Virus record (IMG/VR): IMGVR_UViG_3300021124_000007
Coordinates: 1 to 43,145 of that record
Reading direction: 5' to 3' (one strand)
Length of the DNA: 43,145 nt
Origin: a virus
Taxonomy: Duplodnaviria > Caudoviricetes
Below, piece after piece: positions 10,297 through 19,481 of this stretch. The translations under genes were made by a program, and so were the position numbers. The notes below the pieces were generated by a model. The model was not told the DNA's origin and did not search any database. It was given only the letters and a program-made list of their open reading frames with translations. Every line of letters begins with the position of its first letter. Within the stretch, counting starts at the first letter, position 1.

Positions 10297-11469
10297 TTAC
10301 TTGATTGATTTAAGAATTATTGTATCACCGTTTAACCGACCTGTCAAGGCAATTTCTGTGGCACGAATACCATCCATGAACTTACGAAGTTGGATTTTAC
10401 CTGCACCCATAAATGCCTTCATCTGCTCTTGTGGCTTGCGTAGTGTCTTTGCCACACTCAACTTTTCATCAAAGCCAAGAATAGTGCTGCCCTTGATGCC
10501 CAATACGCCACTGCTTACTGCAGCCGTATACTTGCCAATCTTGCGGGTCTTGGTGTTGTATACCCACAATTCAGTGGCACCAATGATATCCGTAGGATTA
10601 ACAGATACAAGATTGAGTTCCGCAAACTCTCGCATATACTTGACATTCTTAACAACCTTTTCTTTGCTAAGTGGACGAGCCATACGAACCTTACGCACAG
10701 CCGCCTTGACTACGCCGTAGGTCGTGAGGGCATCAAAGAGAGCCTTATACCATGCATCATAACGCTTGAACACTGGCTTGGTCATCCAAGCATAGGCTTC
10801 ACGTAGGGCAGCATCGCCCTTCTTGTCTTGGCCTTCAAGCAACTCTGCATATTGCTCTGCATACTTTTCACGAATACGAGCAACAAATGCCTGTGGCATA
10901 TTTTGTTCACGAAAATAAACCATGAAGTCTGGCGTTTCCGATGAACCTTCTATTAGTGCATCAAACATAACTTCCAAGTCACCAATAGTATCAGCTAACT
11001 TATCACGCAAATGATCTTGTACATTACGTTTAGCAACAGGTTTCTCAACAACTTGCTTCTTTTCAGCAAGACGTGCATTGCCGTATGCTAGCAATTCTGC
11101 AATCTTGTTTGTGATAAATTCAGCATCAACAGCCATTGGGCAACCGCGCAGTATCATCTTCGAGACACTGCCAATGGTGATACCAACACGGCTATCTTCA
11201 CATTCTGCAAATGCGGCAATTTCAGGCTTGCCCCATTTCAAATACTGCTGACCAAACTCTACAACATACTTGCGCATATCAGCGGCGCTCATGTAGTAGT
11301 TGTAGAAATATAGGGCATGGGTAATCTCCTGACGTAGTTTGTCAGGAGACCATTTCTTAGCATCAGTCCACACTGGTTCTGGACCAGTGAACTTTTCGTC
11401 CATAAACTTAGGTTGACGAACAATCGTCTTCTTAGGTTTAGTCTTTAACATGAGTGCGGACTTAGCCAT
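10297..11469 (-). CDS. hypothetical T4-like phage protein
   Basis: 390 aa; C-terminal IIGATELWVYNTKTRK..KTLRKP..GRLN pattern recalls a conserved T4-like phage family. Confidence 0.75.
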   Translation of the reverse strand: MAKSALMLKTKPKKTIVRQPKFMDEKFTGPEPVWTDAKKWSPDKLRQEITHALYFYNYYMSAADMRKYVVEFGQQYLKWGKPEIAAFAECEDSRVGITIGSVSKMILRGCPMAVDAEFITNKIAELLAYGNARLAEKKQVVEKPVAKRNVQDHLRDKLADTIGDLEVMFDALIEGSSETPDFMVYFREQNMPQAFVARIREKYAEQYAELLEGQDKKGDAALREAYAWMTKPVFKRYDAWYKALFDALTTYGVVKAAVRKVRMARPLSKEKVVKNVKYMREFAELNLVSVNPTDIIGATELWVYNTKTRKIGKYTAAVSSGVLGIKGSTILGFDEKLSVAKTLRKPQEQMKAFMGAGKIQLRKFMDGIRATEIALTGRLNGDTIILKSIK

Positions 11470-11472
11470 TAC

Positions 11473-12045
11473 TTACTTCTCCAAATTGCGGTCATAAAAA
11501 CCATAGTGTTGCGACACATAGCGATCATACTTGTCATCAATATGACCGTTATCAAACCGTTCCCATGAATGGTCATTAAAGTAGTCATAACCGTAATCAT
11601 AGGTTGTGTCAACATATTTCTGCGCAGGTGCGGCTTCAAGTGCTTCTACTAACTGTACAGTGGGAACACCATGATGCTTGTAACCTTTGGTGCACAAATC
11701 ATAGTATGATGTGCTAGGGGTCATCTCATAGTCTTGATCAGCCATACTATAAACCCAAGCAATATATGCTTCGGTCTCAGTTTGAACTATTACACGTTGA
11801 CGCAAATAATAAGTTGGGAAACCTTCTAAACGGTCAAGCGCAATCATATCGCTATCGCTAACTTCCCATAACACGCCACTGACAATAGTGCCAGGATTAA
11901 TCTCAATATCGGCATGGTTACGAAACACAAGACGATAGTCGTTCAGATAGGCAACACCTACTAGGGTAGCATCAGGGCAACGCTTTGCCATCTGCTCAGG
12001 GTGGGTGTTCATTCCGTATCCGAAATAATAACTGCGATATTCCAT
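11473..12045 (-). CDS. gamma-glutamylcyclotransferase (AIG2-like) family protein
   Basis: YFGYGMN, GVLWEV, LDRLEGFPTYY; start moved to ATG 12045 behind a GAGGAG RBS. Confidence 0.85.
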   Translation of the reverse strand: MEYRSYYFGYGMNTHPEQMAKRCPDATLVGVAYLNDYRLVFRNHADIEINPGTIVSGVLWEVSDSDMIALDRLEGFPTYYLRQRVIVQTETEAYIAWVYSMADQDYEMTPSTSYYDLCTKGYKHHGVPTVQLVEALEAAPAQKYVDTTYDYGYDYFNDHSWERFDNGHIDDKYDRYVSQHYGFYDRNLEK

Positions 12046-12109
12046 AGTAAACTCCTCGTTGTCACGGGCAGACCTTGCCCAACAGGGGGCATACATTGCC
12101 CCATAACTT

Positions 12110-12200
12110 AAAATACCATGTCTAGGGGATTTGTCAAGCATTATTTTTAATTATATTGTAGGTTAAAAAACCCTTGACAAATAGCGCAAATATGATAAAT
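12110..12200. promoter_or_regulatory. divergent sigma70-type promoters
   Basis: TTGACA on minus (~12132-12137) and plus (12174-12179), each with an AT-rich -10. Confidence 0.6.
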
Positions 12201-12207
12201 TAAGAGA

Positions 12208-12483
12208 ATGTGGGCATTAATCTTCCTTTTATTCCTATTAGGGTTCATGTTGGTCTGGAACCTTGCAGAATCAATGTGGGAACTGGACCATTGGATCGCT
12301 ACCGCTGACAAACGGGAGCGAGACGGCTATGATTATGATAACGATTTACCCGTTAAACCGCCTATAACATTGCCCAAACCAGCGTTAGAAGATGTGCAAA
12401 AAATATCAATTTCTCTTCAAAATTTTCCCAAGTCTGCTGAAGATGCCAAGGCAAAAATTGCACGATTGATGAAAAATCAATAA
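12208..12483 (+). CDS. hypothetical membrane-anchored protein
   Basis: 91 aa, N-terminal hydrophobic helix. Confidence 0.6.
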   Translation: MWALIFLLFLLGFMLVWNLAESMWELDHWIATADKRERDGYDYDNDLPVKPPITLPKPALEDVQKISISLQNFPKSAEDAKAKIARLMKNQ

Positions 12484-12499
12484 ACTCATTAAATAATGA

Positions 12500-12865
12500 G
12501 TGCGTTTTATATTAGGGATATTTACAATTTTATTTTTTACCACGATTGCTCACGCACAAGATTGTGATTGGGTTGGTGATTATCTGCATTATGAATCATG
12601 CAAAGTAGAAAGTAATTTTGGTAACACGGATGTTTTTATAGGCAACCGTGAATGGTTTTATCGTTTCTATGGCACTAAGGCAGAAAAACGACGATTAGTT
12701 TATACATATTATACTAATACTCGCACATGGATACGTGATTATACCCTAGAAGATATTCTATGGAGCGGTGGACAAAAACCGTTAAGTGGATCATGCCGAG
12801 ATCATGGAAAAGTATCCACACAATCTTGGGATATAAGTGACGGATCAAAACTGTGCCTTTATTAA
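12500..12865 (+). CDS. hypothetical secreted protein
   Basis: 121 aa, signal peptide ending AHA, four Cys. Confidence 0.6.
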   Translation: MRFILGIFTILFFTTIAHAQDCDWVGDYLHYESCKVESNFGNTDVFIGNREWFYRFYGTKAEKRRLVYTYYTNTRTWIRDYTLEDILWSGGQKPLSGSCRDHGKVSTQSWDISDGSKLCLY

Positions 12866-12872
12866 AGGCAAC

Positions 12873-12897
12873 AAAAAAGGCGGGATAAACCCGCCTT
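12873..12897 (-). terminator. intrinsic terminator downstream of the porin gene
   Basis: AAGGCGGG/CCCGCCTT stem followed by a T6 tract on the minus strand. Confidence 0.75.
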
Positions 12898-12919
12898 AAT
12901 CTCATCTTTAATGTAATTA

Positions 12920-13564
12920 TTAGAACTTTACAGTCAAACCAACACCGAAACCATCGCCAGTGTTGTTGCTGAAAGTGTTATCATAGTTACGATAAACCTT
13001 TGCACTAACTGTGTAGTTTGAAGTGATGTCATAGGAAACACCAGTACCAATCTGGTGGCTCTGCCATCCATAAGTGTTGCTATCAAAAGCACTACGATAA
13101 CGATACTGAATAGCATTGATAGTGATACCATTGCCAAGTGCATAATCAGCAGTGCCATAAAGTGCATAATATGGGAAGTTAGTAGTTGTTAGCTTTTCAC
13201 CAACGCCAACCTTACCGCCAACAGTTACGCCAGCAAACGCAGGTAGCTTATAACCAACCTGTGCTTCACCATAGTTAGTGATTGCATTGTCAGTCTTCTG
13301 TGTTCCATTTACAAGGAAGCCAGCACTGATTCCACCACCAATATTGTGTGAATAGCTGATGCTGTAAGAGTCATCAACCTTTGAACCAAAGTTTGCACCA
13401 AGGTCTTGTGAATAGCTAACAGTCAAACTATCATTGCTAGCAGCAGGAGCAGCAGCAACTGGTGCAGGAGCAGCAGGAGCCTTTGTCTTGCTTGGTAGAT
13501 CAGTTGCACTTGCTGCAACAGTAAGTGCCAATAGTGCCATAGTAGTTGTAAGAATATTCTTCAT
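12920..13564 (-). CDS. outer-membrane beta-barrel protein (Omp25/RopB-like N-terminus)
   Basis: Signal peptide, TDLPSKTKAPAAP linker, amphipathic beta strands, C-terminal GLTVKF BAM signal. Confidence 0.8.
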   Translation of the reverse strand: MKNILTTTMALLALTVAASATDLPSKTKAPAAPAPVAAAPAASNDSLTVSYSQDLGANFGSKVDDSYSISYSHNIGGGISAGFLVNGTQKTDNAITNYGEAQVGYKLPAFAGVTVGGKVGVGEKLTTTNFPYYALYGTADYALGNGITINAIQYRYRSAFDSNTYGWQSHQIGTGVSYDITSNYTVSAKVYRNYDNTFSNNTGDGFGVGLTVKF

Positions 13565-13798
13565 TATATTTTCCTTTCAGATGTTTGGTTATATCATAGA
13601 CAACGATTTTTGTCTAATTATTTTTCAACCTATATTATAATCAATATTTGTTGAGGCAACGTTAGGTTTTTAACTCCATAAGTTTAATTTGACAGTATCG
13701 TCGCCATGCTTCACTCACCATGTGATTTGGAAGCATAGGTATTTAGTCTAGAAAAACTACCTTATCCTAAAATGCATAAAAAATCAATAAATATTTTA

Positions 13799-14677
13799 AT
13801 GCTACTAAGTGAATTATACGACGAAGAATTAGTTGAAGGTCCAATTGCGGATAGATTAAAACGCCTTGCAGCGGCAGGTGCAATTGCTGGTGGTCTTGGA
13901 TTAGGCGGTTATGGCGCATTAAATGTACCTCAATCACCAGATGCTACAGTTAGTGTGGCCAAAACACAACAAGAACCGCAAAACGACACAAAAAAACAAA
14001 GTGAACCGCAAAAAGTAGAAAAAAAAGTTAATCCTAACTTTCCAAAAGGGTTAACAGATGTAGAAAAAATGACTACAGATCAACGTGTTGCAGCATTTAC
14101 ACAAACCGTACTACCACTTATTCAAGCAGAAAATAATAAAATATTAAGTGAGCGCACTCGTCTTATTCGTGACATTAAGTACATAAAGAGTGGTAAGAAA
14201 CTTCCACAAGAAGAAAATACTTGGGTTTACGCACTTACACAAAAGTATGGCGAAGATAACTTATACGACCTACTTGAAAAGATTGATATTATTCCACCAA
14301 GTATTGCGTTAGCACAAGCAGCAATTGAAAGTACGTGGGGACAAGATGAAAAGACACGCAGTTCAAATGCTTTCTATGGTCAAAAATCTTGGGCAAAAAG
14401 TGGTGGAGTAGAAGGTCCATATGGCGAACGTTATCGTGCATTTGATACACCAAATCAAAGCATTGCTGCATATATGACAAATCTTAACACGCATGATGCC
14501 TATGATGATTTTCGTACTGCTCGTGCGGCAATTCGTAAAAGTGGCAAACCAATTACAGGGCTTCCACTTGTGCCAAAATTAATTAATTATACCGATACGG
14601 GTAAGGCATATCCACAAAAACTTGCATCTATGATCAAGGGGCGTGGCCTACAAAAATACGATATTCCTAAAAAATAA
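13799..14677 (+). CDS. GH73 glucosaminidase (Bax/FlgJ-like) peptidoglycan hydrolase
   Basis: IDIIPPSIALAQAAIESTWG, NAFYG, YMTNLNTH..Y..FR motifs; start set at MLLSE behind late-type AATAAATA. Confidence 0.82.
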   Translation: MLLSELYDEELVEGPIADRLKRLAAAGAIAGGLGLGGYGALNVPQSPDATVSVAKTQQEPQNDTKKQSEPQKVEKKVNPNFPKGLTDVEKMTTDQRVAAFTQTVLPLIQAENNKILSERTRLIRDIKYIKSGKKLPQEENTWVYALTQKYGEDNLYDLLEKIDIIPPSIALAQAAIESTWGQDEKTRSSNAFYGQKSWAKSGGVEGPYGERYRAFDTPNQSIAAYMTNLNTHDAYDDFRTARAAIRKSGKPITGLPLVPKLINYTDTGKAYPQKLASMIKGRGLQKYDIPKK

Positions 14678-14680
14678 TGC

Positions 14681-14708
14681 TTGACAAGCCATAAATCTAT
14701 GTTATATT
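14681..14708 (+). promoter_or_regulatory. sigma70-type early promoter
   Basis: TTGACA-N16-TATATT with TG; the same pattern recurs at 15575, 15969, 17598, 20632, 31978, 32293, 35779, 35946, 38224 and 40659. Confidence 0.7.
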
Positions 14709-14737
14709 AAATTATAGTCAACTGATGGAGAAAACAA

Positions 14738-14935
14738 ATGGCTATGACAATTGAACAGGCAGAAGACTTGGCTCATGCTCTGTATAGCTTTGGTAAAGAT
14801 ATTGGTGCAGAACGAAAAATGCACAATGCCAAACTTGACATGATCAAGTTTGTTCGTTCTGTATCTGGTCTTGGCTTAAAGGAAGCCAAAGACGTTGTTG
14901 AAAAGGTCAATACCGAACGCCGTTCTTGGAAATAA
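14738..14935 (+). CDS. ribosomal protein L7/L12 C-terminal-domain protein
   Basis: KLDMIKFVRSVSGLGLKEAKDVVE matches the bL12 CTD signature; GGAG RBS. Confidence 0.8.
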   Translation: MAMTIEQAEDLAHALYSFGKDIGAERKMHNAKLDMIKFVRSVSGLGLKEAKDVVEKVNTERRSWK

Positions 14936-14942
14936 AGTTATT

Positions 14943-14972
14943 AGGGTTGTCAAAAAAGTGCTTGACAACCCT
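14943..14972. terminator. inverted repeat between convergent genes (terminator-like, contains TTGACA)
   Basis: AGGGTTGTCAA-N8-TTGACAACCCT. Confidence 0.5.
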
Positions 14973-14980
14973 TTACATTT

Positions 14981-15499
14981 TTATCCGAAGTGCCAATCAA
15001 AGTATTTGCTTTGACAACGATATCTAATACCTTCCGATGAAAGTCCAAAAAAATCTGCCGCATCTTTGATTTTATTAAAAATTAAACCTTCGGGAGATAT
15101 CACTTTGCGAACACGCCAAGTTTGATTTCTACCTTTAGTTGCATTTGAAATCGCATCCTTGTGTTTTTGACTTCTAATAGCACCGCAGGCACCGTCGCCA
15201 CCATCTGTTTTGTTTCTTAAAATACCAGTAGTATTATCTTTTCGTCCATACCAACGAATTAGTCTTCTTTCTAATGCTAATGCGCCAATCTCTGTTAAAT
15301 CTTGTTCAATTATAATTATTAAACTTTTATTTTTTGGTGGAGATATTTCACCATGTTTTGTAAGTTTTACAAATGCTCTTTTGTTTGAACCTTTGCCAAT
15401 ATAATATGGAGTTCCTGCTTTTGCTGTGGCAGAGTCTTTACTGCGAATATACGCATATACATAATGACCACTTGGTGGATTTTCTTTGGTAAATACCAT
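14981..15499 (-). CDS. GIY-YIG-like homing endonuclease
   Basis: YVYAY...PYYIGKG..R, ALALERRLI, LRNKTDGGDG, C-terminal NUMOD1-like helix. Confidence 0.82.
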   Translation of the reverse strand: MVFTKENPPSGHYVYAYIRSKDSATAKAGTPYYIGKGSNKRAFVKLTKHGEISPPKNKSLIIIIEQDLTEIGALALERRLIRWYGRKDNTTGILRNKTDGGDGACGAIRSQKHKDAISNATKGRNQTWRVRKVISPEGLIFNKIKDAADFFGLSSEGIRYRCQSKYFDWHFG

Positions 15500-15630
15500 T
15501 GCTGTTGTCCTTCACGACGATAGAGTAGGCAGGATTGCAGTCCGTGGCCTACATTATTATTTATCATTTTTTACTTGACAAATCACTTACCTATGATACA
15601 TTAAATCATTATCAACTGATTGGATAACCA

Positions 15631-15972
15631 ATGACCACCAATGCTTACATTTTTATGTGGTGCAATGAGGGGCTTGATAGCCTAGTCCCCATTACACAAT
15701 ACGAAGACCAGATGCTGATTGATGCTGTTATGCATGGCGCAATTGTGCCTAGCAAAGTAGATCATATATTAACTTATATGGCGCTACGAGCACGGTTTAA
15801 TTCGCAGCGAGTATATGAAATTTATGCGATGGATTGTAGTGAAGATTTAGGCGAAGATGATCTGCGTCAGTGCTTTGATGATGACCCGCAAGGAATTGTG
15901 GATATTATTCGTAAGCGTGGTGTTAAACTTTATAGCGATTATAGTGGTAAAAAAAGTAAAATTATCGCTTGA
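15631..15972 (+). CDS. hypothetical protein
   Basis: 113-aa ORF after a sigma70 promoter. Confidence 0.7.
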   Translation: MTTNAYIFMWCNEGLDSLVPITQYEDQMLIDAVMHGAIVPSKVDHILTYMALRARFNSQRVYEIYAMDCSEDLGEDDLRQCFDDDPQGIVDIIRKRGVKLYSDYSGKKSKIIA

Positions 15973-16022
15973 CAAACTTTAAATCTGTGTTATATTTGTA
16001 ATATAAGCAATGGAGAAAACAA

Positions 16023-16241
16023 ATGACCGTCAATGAAGCAACTTCTCTCGCCGCTCGTATTGAGTCCGTTCTTGCACGGCACAAGCGTTCTGAAATTTCA
16101 CAGGCAGAAACGCTTGTAGAAATTCATTACATTGCCAACGACCTTCGTGATTATGCAGATAATCTTGATCGTGCTATGTATGAGGAACTTGGTCATGCTC
16201 TTGAGCGGTATGATGATGCAATAGTAGCAAAGGGAGTTTGA
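16023..16241 (+). CDS. hypothetical protein
   Basis: 72 aa, GGAG RBS, promoter at 15969. Confidence 0.7.
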   Translation: MTVNEATSLAARIESVLARHKRSEISQAETLVEIHYIANDLRDYADNLDRAMYEELGHALERYDDAIVAKGV

Positions 16242-16242
16242 T

Positions 16243-16383
16243 ATGAAGCGGTTTGTGTTTAAGATGGAATGCGGTGGTATCTTTGATTGTCTCGCCAGAA
16301 ATTTTGAGGTAGCCTGTATCAGGTTTGAACAAAACCAGATGGGATTTCGACCCGAAGATATTTTAGAAGTTTGTGAATGGTAA
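16243..16383 (+). CDS. small hypothetical protein (46 aa)
   Basis: MKRFVFKMECGG..., GGGAG RBS, ends before a terminator. Confidence 0.55.
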   Translation: MKRFVFKMECGGIFDCLARNFEVACIRFEQNQMGFRPEDILEVCEW

Positions 16384-16385
16384 AT

Positions 16386-16410
16386 AAAAAACCCCCTTCT
16401 GGGGGTTTTT
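16386..16410. terminator. bidirectional intrinsic terminator
   Basis: AAAAAACCCCC-TTCT-GGGGGTTTTT. Confidence 0.8.
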
Positions 16411-16453
16411 CCTTATTAAATATAAGAAAATATTAAAAGAAAATAAATTGCAG

Positions 16454-17617
16454 ATGAAAGAAATAGAATTACCTTTTCGTGAAATCCAAAATGAAAATTT
16501 TGTAATTAAGATTTATGAATATGGAAAAGAAAAAAATAATTCTAAAGTAGAATTTTATTTACAAAATATTAATTCTAAAGATACTTTTTTTTATTGTGTG
16601 GATATATTTTTATTTATCCTATATCCTAATAATTTTTTAAAGAAATATTTACAAAAATTAATAATTAATGAAGTGCAAAAATATAAAGATATTGCAAAAA
16701 CTCAAGGAAAAAGATTTATTTTTTTAATTGATGCAATTGAAGAAGCACCATCATATCAAGATGATCTTGCTTGGTTTTTTGATAAATTATATCAAAAAAA
16801 TATTATTTTGAAAGAAGAAATTTTAATCATTAGTGGTGCGCATTATCAAACAGATAGCATAAACCATGTATGGGCAGCAGATGTCTCAATAATCAAAGAT
16901 TTTTCGCACATAGAAATTGAAAAAGATGTATCAAATTTACCAGATTATCATTTCATAAGTTTAGCAAGATTGCCAAGACCACATAGAATTACAGCAACAA
17001 TAGAAATTTTAGAAAGGCATTTAAATAAATTTGGAAATTGTAGTTTAGGCAGTGGACACTACTTTGATAAAGAAGAAAGCGATAATTTGCTAGCAGAATA
17101 TTGTCCAGAAAAATACAAAAATATATTTCCTCTATATATTGATGGCGAAGTATTAGGCAATCAACAATATGATATTTCACATCCATATATTAAAAATGCA
17201 TTTGTTAATGTTGTAATGGAGTCAAGTTTTGAAAAATTTTCATATCAAAATAAAAGGTTTTGGCATTTACCTTTTATGACAGAAAAGACCATGAAAACAT
17301 TTATGTTAGGTCAAGTTCCTATTTTTATTACTTGCAGCAAATCTTTAGAAAAAATTCGCGATTTAGGTTTTGATTTGTTTGATGATATCATTGACCACAG
17401 TTATGATTTAGAAACAGATTTAGATTTAAAAATTAAAAAAGCAATAGATCAACTAGAAAAAATTTGCGCTTGGTCGATAGAAGATTGTCGAAAATTTAAG
17501 CAAAATAATATGAATAGATTTGAAAAAAATTTTCAAAACTATGTTTATATCAAAAATAATTATAAGCAAATGACCTTGGATAATTTACAAAAAACACTTG
17601 ACACCTATAGTCGTTAA
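16454..17617 (+). CDS. hypothetical protein, glycosyltransferase-like
   Basis: Very AT-rich; VNVVMES, MTEKTMK, LGFDLFDDIIDHSYD pattern resembles GT-B-type phage proteins (inference). Confidence 0.55.
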   Translation: MKEIELPFREIQNENFVIKIYEYGKEKNNSKVEFYLQNINSKDTFFYCVDIFLFILYPNNFLKKYLQKLIINEVQKYKDIAKTQGKRFIFLIDAIEEAPSYQDDLAWFFDKLYQKNIILKEEILIISGAHYQTDSINHVWAADVSIIKDFSHIEIEKDVSNLPDYHFISLARLPRPHRITATIEILERHLNKFGNCSLGSGHYFDKEESDNLLAEYCPEKYKNIFPLYIDGEVLGNQQYDISHPYIKNAFVNVVMESSFEKFSYQNKRFWHLPFMTEKTMKTFMLGQVPIFITCSKSLEKIRDLGFDLFDDIIDHSYDLETDLDLKIKKAIDQLEKICAWSIEDCRKFKQNNMNRFEKNFQNYVYIKNNYKQMTLDNLQKTLDTYSR

Positions 17618-17631
17618 GTTATAATAACCAT

Positions 17632-17889
17632 ATGAGCCGAGTAATAGTAATAGATCAAAAACACAATTTAACTAAAGTTATGAATTGGTTAGAACGCAAT
17701 GTTGGACCAGTCACCAACCGCGGACTTATAGCCGAGGGATTAGACAATATGCCAGAGGGCAATCATTGGAGACTTAAACACTCAGTAATAACACCAAAAG
17801 GTCAGCGTGTTGCCAGTGGATTTTTCTGTGAGTTTGATGATACGGTTGATGAAGGTATTATCCTATATTTTGCATTAAGATTTGTATGA
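17632..17889 (+). CDS. small hypothetical protein (F-x-L-R-W/F family)
   Basis: WLERNVG...YFALRFV. Confidence 0.7.
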   Translation: MSRVIVIDQKHNLTKVMNWLERNVGPVTNRGLIAEGLDNMPEGNHWRLKHSVITPKGQRVASGFFCEFDDTVDEGIILYFALRFV

Positions 17890-18116
17890 CTTACGATATT
17901 GACATACCAGATGATATGCTTCATAAGTGGTTATATTACGAAACTGGATTTGAACAATTACATCCAGTTCCAGATATTATTCGTTGGATGGAAGAGCAAA
18001 GTTATGTATATGGTAGGGATTGGAAAGTAGATACTTTTACTGGTAAAAGTTATTGGATTGGTTTTCCTAATAAAGAAATAGCAGCGTTATTTGTAGCACG
18101 ATGGTCAGCATCTTAA
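17886..18116 (+). CDS. small hypothetical protein (same family)
   Basis: IRWMEE...FPNKEIAALFVARW. Confidence 0.7.
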   Translation: MTYDIDIPDDMLHKWLYYETGFEQLHPVPDIIRWMEEQSYVYGRDWKVDTFTGKSYWIGFPNKEIAALFVARWSAS

Positions 18117-18286
18117 TTAAAACATATCCACTATCATCAAGAGCAACCTATGACCAAATTAAATGGTGTATGGATAATTGCAAGGGAATTTGGGATAAGA
18201 AACCCGTAGAAAATGATGGCATACACTGGACATTTAATAGCAGTGAAGATGCAGTTTTATTTGTAGTGCATTGGAAGACGCAATGA
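18101..18286 (+). CDS. small hypothetical protein (same family)
   Basis: IKWCMDN...FNSSEDAVLFVVHW. Confidence 0.65.
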   Translation: MVSILIKTYPLSSRATYDQIKWCMDNCKGIWDKKPVENDGIHWTFNSSEDAVLFVVHWKTQ

Positions 18287-18537
18287 TTGATTTAAATTTT
18301 GAGAATGGTTTTTGGATTCCGCTTGATTGGATTGATAGAAATTCAGAATCTGGTAGCATGTGGAAAAATTTTGCAACGTATTGTCGGAGCAAAGGCGAAT
18401 TTAATGAAGTTGTGCTGCTGACCGAGTTCAATGCCAAAGCACAACGATATGTTGGCGATGATGATGACGATGACCAATGGTTTGTGCGTTTTAATACACC
18501 AGAAGATTATACTTTTTTTGTAATGAGATTTGCGTAA
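18283..18537 (+). CDS. small hypothetical protein (same family)
   Basis: FNTPEDYTFFVMRF. Confidence 0.65.
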   Translation: MIDLNFENGFWIPLDWIDRNSESGSMWKNFATYCRSKGEFNEVVLLTEFNAKAQRYVGDDDDDDQWFVRFNTPEDYTFFVMRFA

Positions 18538-18764
18538 TGGCTAAAATAAGAGTCCACGAGTTGGGACCAACTCGCTGGCATATGAGTGTGCGGTTTTCTA
18601 ACGACGATAATAGCATAAATTGGGAGTTCAAGAAGTGGATGGCTGACAACTATCCAGATTGCCTCTGCATACACAGATTTAATAATGGCGATCCTTATTG
18701 GGAATTACGCGGCGGTGATCAAGCAGACCAAGCATTTATAGCTATGCGGTGGGGCGGCGAGTAA
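18537..18764 (+). CDS. small hypothetical protein (same family)
   Basis: KKWMADN..RFNNGDPYW..DQAFIAMRW. Confidence 0.7.
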   Translation: MAKIRVHELGPTRWHMSVRFSNDDNSINWEFKKWMADNYPDCLCIHRFNNGDPYWELRGGDQADQAFIAMRWGGE

Positions 18765-18812
18765 ATATCTTTATGAAAATATCAATGATTGGTTTGGGTA
18801 ATAAATAAATAT

Positions 18813-19481
18813 ATGAAAAACACATACATACCCTACACCTATCTAATTGGTTGGTCTAAAATAAAAAAGTACTATTATGGTGTCAGATATGCAAATAATT
18901 GCAATCCAACAGATTTATGGATTAAATACTTTACTTCGTCATCATATGTAAGTGAAATAAGAAAATTATATGGTGAACCAGATATTATACAAGTTAGAAA
19001 AACATTTGCCACAAAAGAGGAAGCAATAAACTGGGAAGTTAAAGTTTTAAAAAGAATGAAGGTTGTTTTGCGTAAAGATTTCTTAAATGAAAATGATGTT
19101 GCTGCGCCACCAATTAATAATAGAATTATGTCATCTACAACAAAAGAGAAGATAAGTTATTCTAATAAAGGAAAGCCTAAATCTGATGAACACAAGAGAA
19201 AAATTAAAGAAGCACGTGCAAAACAAGATATGAGTTGGAGAAAAAATCTAAAACATTCACAAATTACTATAGATAAGATAAAAAAAGCAAGAGCAAAACA
19301 AATTATTACCGAAGAAACAAAACAAAAAATGTCTTTGGCACAATTTGGAGAAAGACACTGGGCATTTAATAAAAAACAAAAAATTATTGAATGTCCACAC
19401 TGCCGTAGATACGGCGGCGTGTCTAATATGAAAAGATGGCACTTTAATAATTGTAAAAATTTTGGTAGTAAAGATGAATAA
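18813..19481 (+). CDS. GIY-YIG-like homing endonuclease with NUMOD3 repeats
   Basis: PYTYLIGW..YYYGVRY, YFTSS, KSDEHKRKI/ITEETKQKMS repeats, CPHC..RWHFNNCK. Confidence 0.8.
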   Translation: MKNTYIPYTYLIGWSKIKKYYYGVRYANNCNPTDLWIKYFTSSSYVSEIRKLYGEPDIIQVRKTFATKEEAINWEVKVLKRMKVVLRKDFLNENDVAAPPINNRIMSSTTKEKISYSNKGKPKSDEHKRKIKEARAKQDMSWRKNLKHSQITIDKIKKARAKQIITEETKQKMSLAQFGERHWAFNKKQKIIECPHCRRYGGVSNMKRWHFNNCKNFGSKDE

